DNA of 64,000 nucleotides from Myxococcota bacterium (GCA_039028615.1 JBCCHT010000053.1:1-64000), one strand, 5' to 3'; shown: positions 12,118 to 22,267, numbered from the stretch's first letter. Numbers and translations are program-made. The notes: generated by a model not told the origin, from the letters alone.

Positions 12118-13533
12118 CTACTGGGCCACACGGACCTCCTCGGCGCCCTCCCGACAAGCAAGAACCAGGGTGGAATCAAATAGGTACCGACTTCGGTCCT
12201 CGGCTCCTGCCACTATGGTCAGACTTACGTAGCCTGTTTCAGTCACCGAAAAAGCCACTGACTCACCTACCTTACCCGGTCCAAATGTAACGATCTGACC
12301 TTCGGCTTCATACCATCCGCTAATTGCCACGGCATCTCCCGTTCGAGTGAAGCCCTCCACTAGAATTAGCTCTCCGTGGCTCTGCTCGACAACAGCTACG
12401 TCTCCTTGCCGAATCGCCAACACCCGCCCTTCTCCGTCAAGAACATCCAATTCTACTGGATTCTGTCCTGAGACACGAATTACCCACTCTGGATGACAAT
12501 CTTCACGTACAGATGCTGTCACGGACTTCCAAGCTCCAGCTTTGGCTCCCTCTGGAGGTGCAGATCGCCTCTCTTCGTGCCGAGAGACAATCGTAACGTC
12601 AGGCTTGGAGTGTACGATCTCTGGCGCCCCAGCCTTGCTGAGCACACGCAGGCCCGCTTCCTGAAGCTCAGACTTGGGATTTCTCTTCAGGTATTCTCTC
12701 AGCTGCCCAACTCTTCTCGGATCTTCCATTGCCCATAGTAGAAGAGTAGTCTGAAGGTCGCCACTGGAAGCGCAACTCGCCCAGTTCTCAGCTGTCCCGG
12801 GAAGTGTATCTGAGAGTCGTCTTCGTAGCGTCAAGAGAGCCAGAGCACTCGCGCGCTCTCTCGGCATGTTGGCCACAGAAAGCCATCGCAGAATAGTCTT
12901 TGGGTCGCCATACTCAACCCAGACTTGAGCGAGAGCGACCACGGCGGGTGTCGAAGATATTGCCCAGATCTCCCTCTTTATTTCGTCGCCAACACGCTCC
13001 GCACCAGGAGATCTCACAAGAGAATGCGCCCGTAGAAGGCCATCCGCCAACCGTGCAACGGCATCATGCTCATGACACCTCACCAACTCTCGCAATGCAG
13101 CGATAAAGCCTCGCTCCCAACCTTCTCCAACGTGGTCTTCCAGCAGCCATCGAATACCATCTACTGTTGTCGCATCGCGACCCGGGTTCGGCAACACATC
13201 GGGCCAACCGCCTCTTGCGGCATCAAGAAGGTTCTGCCTTGCCACCTCGTCGCTTGACTCAATGCCGGCTTCTTCCAGAGCCTGAGCATCCATTTTACTA
13301 ATGAGATCCGAGAAGAGCCGTCGCTCTCTTTCAGGGGTCAGGGGTTCGAAAAATGCGCCAGCGGCCTCGATGTCATCGCAGTCCAGCCCACGGCGGCTCG
13401 CATCGGAGACCGCCATCTCCATGGCATCTTCGACAGTGACCTCATTCCATGCGACACGGAACCATATTGATGATGCCCAAGTCGATAGAGCTTCGTGTGC
13501 GGCAATGATCTCAGAAGCCTTGTATTCATCCAT
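12118..13533 (-). CDS. Hypothetical protein (471 aa); helical N-terminal part, beta-rich C-terminal part
   Basis: Long ORF in a low-GC region. AAGGA RBS upstream of ATG 13533. Confidence 0.75.
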   Translation of the reverse strand: MDEYKASEIIAAHEALSTWASSIWFRVAWNEVTVEDAMEMAVSDASRRGLDCDDIEAAGAFFEPLTPERERRLFSDLISKMDAQALEEAGIESSDEVARQNLLDAARGGWPDVLPNPGRDATTVDGIRWLLEDHVGEGWERGFIAALRELVRCHEHDAVARLADGLLRAHSLVRSPGAERVGDEIKREIWAISSTPAVVALAQVWVEYGDPKTILRWLSVANMPRERASALALLTLRRRLSDTLPGTAENWASCASSGDLQTTLLLWAMEDPRRVGQLREYLKRNPKSELQEAGLRVLSKAGAPEIVHSKPDVTIVSRHEERRSAPPEGAKAGAWKSVTASVREDCHPEWVIRVSGQNPVELDVLDGEGRVLAIRQGDVAVVEQSHGELILVEGFTRTGDAVAISGWYEAEGQIVTFGPGKVGESVAFSVTETGYVSLTIVAGAEDRSRYLFDSTLVLACREGAEEVRVAQ

Positions 13534-14013
13534 GGCGGTTTTCCTTTTGGCGTCCAACAAGGCTGTACGAAACAGGTTTCTTCCGTTGAAATCTGTTCAG
13601 TTTCCTTGATCGGCGGGCTCTTCGTCGACGTGAGCTTACTTCGTAAGCGTGTGTCCTCGAGCTACACGCTCGGTCTCTCGTGCACTCTTGAGGTCTCTCG
13701 GACGAAAAATCTGACTCTCGATTGGAGATTTTCTAGATCGCGCCTTTTCGGCCTCCGGTGGCCCTTTGAAGACACTTCCGCAAAATGCGCAGGTATCGAT
13801 TGGACCGAAATGTTCCTGGAAGAGATTCCCTGGCTTGATCTGAAACATTGTTCAGGGGTCATAAGGAGTCTTAGTCGGGCCTCGAAAACGAACGACGCGC
13901 AGTACCGAACGGATACCTCGCTGACCCTTTTGACCCACTAGCGCGAAACAAACCAATCAGTCACCCTCATACACTGGCCCGGCAATAGCACATGCCGGTT
14001 CTGGGACGTGACT

Positions 14014-14784
14014 ATGACCGGAGTCCAATTTCTGGATGAGAATCTGGAAAGAGCAATTTCCACACTCATTGCGTGGGTAGGATCAGAAGCGGAAGGCCAA
14101 CTCATCATTGACGGCTGGCGCCGCGAGAGAAGAATACCGAAAGAACACCGCGACAACTTCTTCTCACGTCTTCAGTTGGAGTTTAGGAAAGGGACCAACG
14201 ACCCATCGCTGTCGGTAGCGGTAGCTATACACCCTTCAGATCAACTACTTCTGAGCTGCACAAAGGAATGTACTCCACGACTCCTCGCCAACGTGGGCAC
14301 GGTGGAGAAGTTGTTAGAGCTACTTCGCAAACGTGGCCTTGAGACCGTCAGCCCCGCTGATGCACCGCGATTCTCTCGTTTCCCCAATTGGATTAAGACG
14401 GAGATACTGCATCGGCTCGGGGAAAGGTATCGAAGCACGGGCAAGAAGAAGGACATCGTCTGGTGGACGGACGACGAGATGATATGGAAAGCGGACTCAC
14501 CAGCAAGTCTCGTCGATATTCTTGGACTCTGTCCGGTAGCATACCCTCCAGGGCAGCATTTGTTCGTCACTCAATGCAGAAGCGACGACACAGGCATGCT
14601 GGCCGTCCCGACAGTGCTGGATGCTGGTTGGAACCCTAGATTCATCCCCGAAGACCCAGGTACGTCATGGGGGCGGACTCATCCTCATTCAAAAGACAAA
14701 ACCGGGCTCAAGGAGTGGGTAGGGAGGCCACCACTTACCAACAATGTCGTATTTCGCATATGGGGCAGGATCGATGGGAAGTGA
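14014..14784 (+). CDS. Hypothetical protein, possible ADP-ribosyltransferase-like fold (speculative)
   Basis: 256-aa ORF. C-terminal motifs ILGL..VPTVLDAGWNPRF..WGRT..GLKEWV. Confidence 0.7.
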   Translation: MTGVQFLDENLERAISTLIAWVGSEAEGQLIIDGWRRERRIPKEHRDNFFSRLQLEFRKGTNDPSLSVAVAIHPSDQLLLSCTKECTPRLLANVGTVEKLLELLRKRGLETVSPADAPRFSRFPNWIKTEILHRLGERYRSTGKKKDIVWWTDDEMIWKADSPASLVDILGLCPVAYPPGQHLFVTQCRSDDTGMLAVPTVLDAGWNPRFIPEDPGTSWGRTHPHSKDKTGLKEWVGRPPLTNNVVFRIWGRIDGK

Positions 14785-14974
14785 AAGCAACCTGGAATTC
14801 ATTGTAGCCCTAGGCTATGGCGCCGGACGAGTAGCTCAGCTCTTCCATGAGGCGGGTGGCGGCCGGCGTTGCAGTGAATGTTCGGAGGCTCCAGTCGGCG
14901 CAGGCTGTGGTTCGGGAGATAGGGTGGAGTTTCTGCGCAGGTGCGCCGCTGTCGTCGTGGAGCTTCCGAAATGA
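14774..14974 (+). CDS. 66-aa Cys-rich (CxxC) micro-protein, apparently translationally coupled
   Basis: ATG 14774 lies just inside the end of the upstream ORF. Its TGA overlaps the sigma-factor ATG (ATGA 14971-14974). Contains CSEC..C..C. Confidence 0.4.
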   Translation: MGSESNLEFIVALGYGAGRVAQLFHEAGGGRRCSECSEAPVGAGCGSGDRVEFLRRCAAVVVELPK

Positions 14975-15585
14975 CCGGCGCTCCTGAGTTCGATCGGGAA
15001 TTCCTAGATCGGGTTTTCCTTGGCGATCCGACTGCGTTCAAGGATTTTTATGAACGGTACAGCCCAACGGTAAGATGGGCGGTTGGGATGCGGGTGTATC
15101 GATGGCCGCAACTCGCACCTCTTCTTGACGACATTACACAGGAAGTATGGCTGCAGCTAACACGCAGGAGGTTCAAAGTTCTACGCTACTATAATGCAGC
15201 GTATGGGGCGTCGTTCTCACGGTTTCTCGCGGTCGTTTCTGCTCGGCTTGGATGGAGGATTGCCAAACGGCGCCTCGAGCACCCGGTCGAAGAAATGGGC
15301 CCCAATGATGAACTAGACAACGATGATCTCGCGTCTAGGCTAATTAACGCCGATATATTGAGCAGACTGGTGCGAATGATGAAGAACCGGCTCGAAGCTG
15401 ATGACATCCAGCTATTTACGCGTCACTTCGTAGAAGGCGAACCGCTGAAGGACATCGGGAGAGCAATGGGGATCTCGGACGACGCGGTTTACCAGAGAAA
15501 GCACCGTCTGCAGAAGAAGATTTTGTACATGGCCGATGACCTTATAGAATCTGAACTGGGTAAACCGGCGAAGACCACTTTGTAG
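14971..15585 (+). CDS. ECF (sigma-70 group IV) RNA polymerase sigma factor
   Basis: GDPTAFKDFYERY, DDITQEVW (region 2); EGEPLKDIGRAMGISDDAVYQRKHRL (region 4 HTH). Confidence 0.88.
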   Translation: MTGAPEFDREFLDRVFLGDPTAFKDFYERYSPTVRWAVGMRVYRWPQLAPLLDDITQEVWLQLTRRRFKVLRYYNAAYGASFSRFLAVVSARLGWRIAKRRLEHPVEEMGPNDELDNDDLASRLINADILSRLVRMMKNRLEADDIQLFTRHFVEGEPLKDIGRAMGISDDAVYQRKHRLQKKILYMADDLIESELGKPAKTTL

Positions 15586-15740
15586 GAACAAAGTGAGAAG
15601 GGATGGAACAACATATAGTTCGAATATCAATCAGGGTCTTCGTTTGTGCGGGCTGCTCGCAACGTAATCGACCACAGGATTGGGGGCCGGGAGAATGTCT
15701 GCGGCAGTGCCTCCTCAGAACCGTTGGTCATCACGGCCGG

Positions 15741-18518
15741 TCAGCGAGATGCGACGACGGTGACGTGCTCGTCGAGCCACTGTCGCGCCACGCGTTGCTC
15801 TCCCGCGTAGCGGCTCGGCGCGTCTCGAAGCTCTTCCCACGCGGCCTCGAACAGCGCCCGCGCGCGGTCGGGCTCATCCCCTCGGGCATCCACGGCACGC
15901 GCCAGCGCCAGCCGACTCGTCCCGCGGAGCGGCAACGAGGGCTCGCTGCGCTCCCGCAGCTCCAGCGCGCTCCGCAGGTGCTCCGTGGCGGCCTCGATCT
16001 CCCCCTGCTCGAGCAGGTCGATCCCCAGGTTCGTCCGGGCGTAGGCGGTCACGGGATGCTCGGCGCCAAAGCGCTGCGTCCAGATCGCAAGCGCCCGTCG
16101 GTGCTTTTTCGTGGCCGCGTCAAGTTCTCCGAGATCCCGCAGCACCACGCCGAGGTTGTTGAGCGCCATCGCGGTCTCGTGGTGCTCGGGGCCGAGGGCC
16201 CGCTCCTTGATCGCCAGGGCCTGCTCCGCGTGGGGCCGCGCCAGGTCGGAGGCGCCCGTGGTCTGCAGCAAGATGGCGAGATTGAGCCGGGCCGAGGCGA
16301 CTCGGGGATGCTCGGGGCCGAGGGCTCGCTCGACGATCCCCAGGGCCCGCTGGTGGTGGGCAAGCGCGCGCTCGAAGTGCCCGAGGTCGAAGTCGACGTT
16401 GGCGAGGTTGGCCAAGATGACGGCGACCTGGGGATGATCGGGGCCGTGCAAGGCTTCGGTCTGGGCAACGGCATCGGTCAGGCTCACCGCCGCTTGCGAC
16501 AAGTTGCCGAGCCGTGCCTGGGCGTTGCCGAGGTTGTTGAGGGTGCTCGCTCGCTGCTGCCGCAGCGCGGGATCGGTGGGATCTTCGAGCAGCGCCAAGG
16601 CCTGGGCGTAGTGCTCGCGCGCCTGCACGAGGTCGCCGCTGCGATCGTGGGTCGCCCCCAGGTTGTTCCACAGCCGAGAGCGCTCGGTGGGCCCCGAGTC
16701 GGCGCGCTCGACCGCGGCCGCGGCATGACGAGCCCACACGAGGCCGTCTTCGTGGCGCCCGAGGATGTAGCCGACCAGCCCCGTCTGCTGCACCATGACG
16801 GAGGCGGCCAGGTCGTCCTCGCCCGCCTCGACGGCCAGCGACGCGGCCCGCGACAGGGACGTCTCCGCGTCGGGGTAGGCCCCGTTGCGCAGGTGCAGGA
16901 CCCCGACGCGATAGCGAGCCTCGGCCACGAGGGTGGGATCGCCGAGGGCGTCGGCCCGCTCGGCGGCGAGCAGGGCGAGGCGTAGGCCTGCGGGATATCG
17001 ACCGGCCAGCTCCTGCGCATGAGCCTGGCCCAGTCGCTGGCGGACCTCGGCAGCACCTTCGGGGTCGACGGAGCCGGAGCCTTGCCCCGGTGGCACGGCG
17101 CAGCGCTCGATGGAGGGCAGCCGCACCACGGCCTCGCTCGCCCGCGCCACGACCCCCGCATCGGCTTCGGCGAGCACGTCGACGAGGGCTTCGAGCTCGG
17201 CCCGACGCCCATCGAGACAACCGAGCTGGCGTTCGAACGCCGCGCTCCGCTCACCTCCGTCGTCACCGTCGCTGCGCGCGGCCTGGCATGTCGCGAGGCG
17301 GTGCTCGGACCACTGCTCGGTATAGCGATCGAGGCCGACCTTGACGCGAGACCAGGTATCGCGGGCATAGGGCAGGGAGCTGCCCAGCAGCGCCTCGCGG
17401 ACGGAGTCCTGCTGGGTCGGGCCCCAGGCCTGCTGCGCCCGGGCGGCCACCGTCTCGCAGGGATCGTCGGAGGCCACCACCCGAGGTGCCGCCACCGTGG
17501 CGGCCCCGAGTGCCAACGCCCCGCCTCCCAAAAGCGCGATGACCCGTCGCATCCGCGTGCGACTTCGGTGGCGGGCAATCGTCTGCAGCAGGCTCGGCAA
17601 GTCGGGCCAGCGCTCCGAGGGATCGGCGTGCAGCCCTCGTCGAACGACGCGCAGGAGCCAGCGGGGCACGGGGCGCTCGGCGGAAGGCTCGGCGATCGCC
17701 CCCGCCTCGATCGCCGCCCGCAGCTGCCGGACGTTCGCTCCACCAAAGGGTCGACGCCCGAACAGCGCCTCGAACAGCGCCACACAGAAGCTGAACTGAT
17801 CGGTCCGCGCGTCGGCCTCGAGCCCCGCCATCTGCTCGGGCGCCATATAGGCGGGCGTACCCATCACCGCCCCGGTCATCGTCAGCCGAGCCGAAAGCGT
17901 CGCGCCGTCGGCTGGCGCGGAGACGAGATCGGAAGACTCGGACTCTTCCACGCGACCCACCGCCAGGCCGAAGTCCAGCACCCGTACGCGCCCGTGCGCG
18001 TCGATGATGGCGTTGTCCGGCTTGAAGTCGCGGTGCACGAGGCCCTGGCGATGCGCGGCGGCGAGGCCTTCTCCGGCCTGGAGGTAGACATCGACGATCT
18101 CGGCCCAGCTGCGCGCTCGCGTGCGCTGCCAGTGGGTCAGGGTCTGACCGTCGACCAGCTCCATCGCCACGTAGACCGTGCCGTGCTCGGAGCCGACGTC
18201 GTAGATCGCCACGACGTTGGGATGCGCCAGCCGAGCGAGCGCCCGTGCTTCACGACGCAGCCGCGGCTCGGCATTGATCCCGCGACGCCCCGGGGTATGC
18301 CGCAACACCTTGAGCGCGACCGAACGATCGAGCTCGGTATCGAGGGCCGAGTACACGACGCCCATGCCCCCGCGCCCCAGCACGCCCAGGATCACATAGC
18401 GACCGAGGCGACGCGGTTGCTCTGCCGCCCGCTCGCCCGCGGTGTCGCCCAGGGTCAGGTCACCCAACGGCGTGGTCTCGTCGAGGCGCGTCGTCACGCC
18501 GGCCGTATTGTCCGCCAT
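15741..18518 (-). CDS. Hanks-type Ser/Thr protein kinase with TM segment and C-terminal TPR repeats
   Basis: LGRGGMGVVY, VALK, HRDFKPDN, DFG, GTPAYMAPE, DQFSF; repeated LGPEHP kinesin-light-chain-type TPRs. Confidence 0.95.
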   Translation of the reverse strand: MADNTAGVTTRLDETTPLGDLTLGDTAGERAAEQPRRLGRYVILGVLGRGGMGVVYSALDTELDRSVALKVLRHTPGRRGINAEPRLRREARALARLAHPNVVAIYDVGSEHGTVYVAMELVDGQTLTHWQRTRARSWAEIVDVYLQAGEGLAAAHRQGLVHRDFKPDNAIIDAHGRVRVLDFGLAVGRVEESESSDLVSAPADGATLSARLTMTGAVMGTPAYMAPEQMAGLEADARTDQFSFCVALFEALFGRRPFGGANVRQLRAAIEAGAIAEPSAERPVPRWLLRVVRRGLHADPSERWPDLPSLLQTIARHRSRTRMRRVIALLGGGALALGAATVAAPRVVASDDPCETVAARAQQAWGPTQQDSVREALLGSSLPYARDTWSRVKVGLDRYTEQWSEHRLATCQAARSDGDDGGERSAAFERQLGCLDGRRAELEALVDVLAEADAGVVARASEAVVRLPSIERCAVPPGQGSGSVDPEGAAEVRQRLGQAHAQELAGRYPAGLRLALLAAERADALGDPTLVAEARYRVGVLHLRNGAYPDAETSLSRAASLAVEAGEDDLAASVMVQQTGLVGYILGRHEDGLVWARHAAAAVERADSGPTERSRLWNNLGATHDRSGDLVQAREHYAQALALLEDPTDPALRQQRASTLNNLGNAQARLGNLSQAAVSLTDAVAQTEALHGPDHPQVAVILANLANVDFDLGHFERALAHHQRALGIVERALGPEHPRVASARLNLAILLQTTGASDLARPHAEQALAIKERALGPEHHETAMALNNLGVVLRDLGELDAATKKHRRALAIWTQRFGAEHPVTAYARTNLGIDLLEQGEIEAATEHLRSALELRERSEPSLPLRGTSRLALARAVDARGDEPDRARALFEAAWEELRDAPSRYAGEQRVARQWLDEHVTVVASR

Positions 18519-18712
18519 CGGGGAAACAACTGCTCGCGGAACGGCGAGCGGCTGATTCGACCGTGGGACTCCACCCGACATTCAACCCGAACGAATGATC
18601 GCGGCGTCGTCGTCGGGACGGTCACTTCATCGAACGTCGTCATCGCCCCACGAGGACCAGCCGGGAGGCCGCGCACTCTTGGGGCATGTTGAGCGTCGAA
18701 CAACGCGGCACT

Positions 18713-18726
18713 GTCCCACGTGGGAC
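18713..18726. promoter_or_regulatory. Perfect 14-bp palindrome in the kinase/sigma divergent promoter region
   Basis: GTCCCACGTGGGAC is its own reverse complement. Confidence 0.4.
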
Positions 18727-18811
18727 GTGTTTGACGGCGCAGGGGTCCCATTCCCGTGCTCTGAGGCCTTTCGCTCGTACCGCCTCATGGGGGCTGATAA
18801 GGTGGCCTCGA

Positions 18812-19735
18812 ATGACGACCGAGCTGCGTCAGGCGTTCGTCGCCGCCTTGGACGAGTCAGCGCGCGATGCGTACCTCGATCACCACGGGCTCGACGAGGA
18901 CTTGGCCACGCTGGTCGACAAGGCGGTGGAAGCTCGGGGGCCGCTGTCGGTCACGCCACAGATGCTCGTGACGCACGTCGCCCGGGTGGCCGGGGCCAAG
19001 ACCGACCCCACCGCGCTCGACTCGCTGCGAGCGGGCGACCTGTACCTCGCCTGCGCGTGTTCGATCGGTGAAGACCGCGCGCTCGCGCTGTTCGAGGCCG
19101 AGTACGGGCGCGACATCGACCTGGCCATCGCGCGCTCGGGCAACGTCAACCTGAGCAAGGACGAGTTCCGCCAGCTGCTGCGCAACAAGCTGTTCGTGGT
19201 CCGAGGCGATCGCCCGCCGAAGATCGCCGACTATGCCGGTCGCGGCGACCTCCGCAGCTGGGTCCGCGTGACCGCGCTGCGCATGATCGTCGACATCGTG
19301 CGGCAGAAGAACTCGGGCAAAGAGATCTCGGTCGAGTCCGAGATGCTCGGCGCGATGCCGTCACCCGACGAAGACCCCGAGCTCGACTACATCCAGCGGG
19401 TCTACAAGAACGAGTTCAAGGGCTCGCTGCAGTCGGCGTTCCACAACCTCACCCCGCGCGAGCGCAACTTGTTGCGCCACCAGGTGATCCACGGACTCAA
19501 CATCGACCAAGTGGGTGCGATCTATCGAGTGCACCGCACCACCGCGTTCCGCTGGATCGAAAAAGCCCGCAAGTCGCTGCTGCGGGAGACTCGAGCCGAG
19601 CTGATGAATCGCCTGCGCGTCGGCACGGGCGAGTTGCACAGCATCATGCGCGTGGTCCAGGGCGACCTCGACGTCAGCGTGCGACGGCTGTTGATCTCCG
19701 AGATCGAAGACGAGCCGGGCAAGACCCGCGCCTGA
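18812..19735 (+). CDS. Myxococcales-type ECF sigma-70 factor
   Basis: DLYLACAC, KIADYAGRGDLRSWVRV, DPELDY, LTPRERNLLR..GLNIDQVGAIYRVHRTTAFRW. Confidence 0.85.
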   Translation: MTTELRQAFVAALDESARDAYLDHHGLDEDLATLVDKAVEARGPLSVTPQMLVTHVARVAGAKTDPTALDSLRAGDLYLACACSIGEDRALALFEAEYGRDIDLAIARSGNVNLSKDEFRQLLRNKLFVVRGDRPPKIADYAGRGDLRSWVRVTALRMIVDIVRQKNSGKEISVESEMLGAMPSPDEDPELDYIQRVYKNEFKGSLQSAFHNLTPRERNLLRHQVIHGLNIDQVGAIYRVHRTTAFRWIEKARKSLLRETRAELMNRLRVGTGELHSIMRVVQGDLDVSVRRLLISEIEDEPGKTRA

Positions 19736-19999
19736 GCGTGCAAACCAACGCGCGGCGAGACGACCGCGACGCCGCCCATGAACGCATTGTCGGCTGGCGG
19801 CGATCCGTTACGGATCTTTTCGTAAATCTCGCTTTACGTTCGCGGATCCGGGTATTTGCGATCGGCTTGGCATCGATTGGTCTCGCCGGGTGTCGAACCA
19901 GATGAACCGAATCAAGTGCGACGGCATCGCACCTCTTGACTTGATTTACTCGCACCCAACAACCCAACCCACAAGCACCAATCAATCCACCGGCCTTGG

Positions 20000-20039
20000 A
20001 GCGCCGGTCTTCCTTCGGGGAGACCGGCGCTTGTTTGTT
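20000..20039 (+). terminator. Rho-independent terminator
   Basis: 14-bp stem AGCGCCGGTCTTCC / GGGAGACCGGCGCT (one G-U pair), C(UUCG)G loop, followed by TGTTTGTT. Confidence 0.8.
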
Positions 20040-20046
20040 CAGAGGC

Positions 20047-21240
20047 TCAGCGCTTGGTCTTGCCCTTGGCCTTGGGCGGCTCTTCATCGTCGTCGTCGCT
20101 GATCGGGTTGGTGTGCGTGGCGACGTACTTGAGCGAGCGTCGCGTCTTGATCACCGTGTCCTCGAACTGCTCGAGCTCGTCCTCGACCTCGGCGCGTTTT
20201 TGCGGCGAGTCGTTGCGCGACACTCGGCGGGCGAGGCTGAAGATGAGCGGCAGCATGACCACCTGGAAGATCGTCAGGCCGCCCGCGGCCAGACCGCTGA
20301 CGATCCACACCAGCACCGAGATCGGCGCGGGGACGCGGGCGAGCTCGCGGATCCCCTCGACCACGGCGGGCGGAGCCGACGTCTGACGCGATGTCGCGGG
20401 CAGGTTGCTGCGAATCGGTGCCGAGGGCGCCGCGCTCGGTTTCGACGTCGGGGCGCGAGGTGCCGCCAACGCCGCCTTGAGATCGGCGACCGACTGCACC
20501 CGCTGCTTCGGGTTCGGCTCGAGCATCCGTCGCAAGGCCGGCGCCAATGCCGGCGGAAGATCGAGCGCGGGCAAGTCGATGTGCAGCCCGTCGTGCGGCA
20601 GTTGGTCGGCTTCCGCCCCGGCGTGCAATGCGGTGATGGTCGCCCCGAGCGCGTACAAGTCGGTCGCGGGCGTGGCCTCTCCGTGCAATTGCTCGGGCGC
20701 CATGTAGCCGAAGCTCCCGACCATGGTCGAGTTGCCTTCGGTACGTGCCGCCAACCGCACACCCCCAAAGTCGACCAAGTGCAGCCGACCCTTCGGATCG
20801 AGCAAGACGTTGGCCGGCTTGATGTCGCGGTGAATGACCGGAGGCGACAACCCGTGCAAGTACTCGAGGATCTCGAGTCCTTGGTCGAGCAAGTCGCGGA
20901 GTTCTTTGGCCGTACGACGACGCCCCTCGGCGATGTGCTTGTTGAGGGGCGTGCCCTCGACCAGCTCCATCACCAAGAAGTAGTCACCCGAGGCTTCGCT
21001 CGAGTATCGATCGATGTAACGAGGAATGCCGGGGTGATCGAGAGTCCCCAGCACCTTGGCCTCGCGCTCGAACAGATCGAAGCGCTTCCAATCCTCGAGG
21101 TCCCTCAGCGAGATGACCTTGACCGCGACCTGCCGCTGCGTCGCTCGATCGACGGCACGGAAAGTTCGCCCGCTACCGCCACGACCCAGGGGGCCCATGA
21201 TCTGGTAGCGCTTGAGCGGATCGTCGAAGGAACTGGGCAT
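20047..21240 (-). CDS. Ser/Thr protein kinase with C-terminal TM segment
   Basis: LGRGGSG, VAVK, HRDIKPAN, DFG, GSFGYMAPEQ, DLYALG. Confidence 0.95.
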   Translation of the reverse strand: MPSSFDDPLKRYQIMGPLGRGGSGRTFRAVDRATQRQVAVKVISLRDLEDWKRFDLFEREAKVLGTLDHPGIPRYIDRYSSEASGDYFLVMELVEGTPLNKHIAEGRRRTAKELRDLLDQGLEILEYLHGLSPPVIHRDIKPANVLLDPKGRLHLVDFGGVRLAARTEGNSTMVGSFGYMAPEQLHGEATPATDLYALGATITALHAGAEADQLPHDGLHIDLPALDLPPALAPALRRMLEPNPKQRVQSVADLKAALAAPRAPTSKPSAAPSAPIRSNLPATSRQTSAPPAVVEGIRELARVPAPISVLVWIVSGLAAGGLTIFQVVMLPLIFSLARRVSRNDSPQKRAEVEDELEQFEDTVIKTRRSLKYVATHTNPISDDDDEEPPKAKGKTKR

Positions 21241-21338
21241 GCGGCGAGACCGGGGTTGTATCCCGAAAACGCCGCGTGCTCAGCCCTGCGTGCAGACCCT
21301 AGCGATCAACCCCGCTTATGGGCGGGCTACGCCCTATT

Positions 21339-22004
21339 TCATGCGCTCGGAGCAACCATGCTGCGCACCTCGCTCTCGACGAACGCAGCAATGAACGAGT
21401 CCTCGCTCTCCACGGGGAACCCAGGATGTTGCTCGCTGATCCGGCCGGTGATCATCAACATCGCCAGCCCATGGTTCGCCGCCCACATGAGGAAGGGAGC
21501 GGTCTGCTCGTCGAGGTCCGGCCGCAGGCGGCCTTGCTCTTTGCCCAGCTGGAACGCCCGCCGGATCGCAGTCTGCGAGAAGAAGATGGCCTCACGTTCT
21601 TGATCGCTGAGCGAGCTGAAGTCCAGCTCCTCTCCTTCGAACAAGAGCGAGTAGAGCCACGGATTCGACCTCGCAAAGTTGACGTACAAGAGCGATGTCT
21701 GACGTAGTTGTTCGACGGGATCGTCGGACTCGTACGCCGGAGCAAGCTCCTTATTCATGAGAGTCAGCCCATGGAATCGAATGGCGCGAAGAATCGACGC
21801 CTTCCCCTCGAAATGCTGATAGAGCGCCGTAGCGCTGACCCCCAAACGAGCGGCAATACCGCGCATCGTCAAACCCTCTTCACCGAGTTCCGTCCCCAAC
21901 TCGATGGCGGCTCGCACGATGGCCCCTTTCAATGACCCCTGACTCGGGCCTTGGGCTGGCTTGCTGCTCTCCCTGATTTCACCCACTGCTTCGCCACTGT
22001 CCAC
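21339..22004 (-). CDS. TetR/AcrR-family regulator (WHG-like C-terminal domain)
   Basis: LTMRGIAARLGVSATALYQHF HTH; WAANHG. Start uncertain. Confidence 0.9.
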   Translation of the reverse strand: MDSGEAVGEIRESSKPAQGPSQGSLKGAIVRAAIELGTELGEEGLTMRGIAARLGVSATALYQHFEGKASILRAIRFHGLTLMNKELAPAYESDDPVEQLRQTSLLYVNFARSNPWLYSLLFEGEELDFSSLSDQEREAIFFSQTAIRRAFQLGKEQGRLRPDLDEQTAPFLMWAANHGLAMLMITGRISEQHPGFPVESEDSFIAAFVESEVRSMVAPSA

Positions 22005-22267
22005 ATCGCGACCCTACAACATGAAACACGCGTTGTGGGGCCAATCAAACGGTGTTTGAGGCATTTCAGGGATCCCCTCAGGTGGACCGTTCTGGCACCA
22101 AAACGAGCGGTTTTATTGGCTGAGCAATCGACTCTTTGAGTGACAGTCAGTTGTGAAAAAATCCAAAATTTATTGAGACAAAACCGGTGTCCCATTCCGC
22201 TATCGTGACACCTGGAGATCCTCCTAGATCGCCACCGTCCCGTTCGAGCTGTTAGCCTCCGCGCCCC

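Larger units (their letters stand above)
12030..15730. other. Low-GC horizontally acquired island
   Basis: Hand count of 12181-12240 gives 33/60 G+C, against visibly much higher GC in the flanks. Many A/T-ending codons. No integrase or transposase seen. Confidence 0.8.

Noticed and set aside
13636..13862. Short minus-strand ORFs in the island's divergent gap (one with CAFC)
   Set aside because: No coupling, RBS or homology evidence; probably promoter region.
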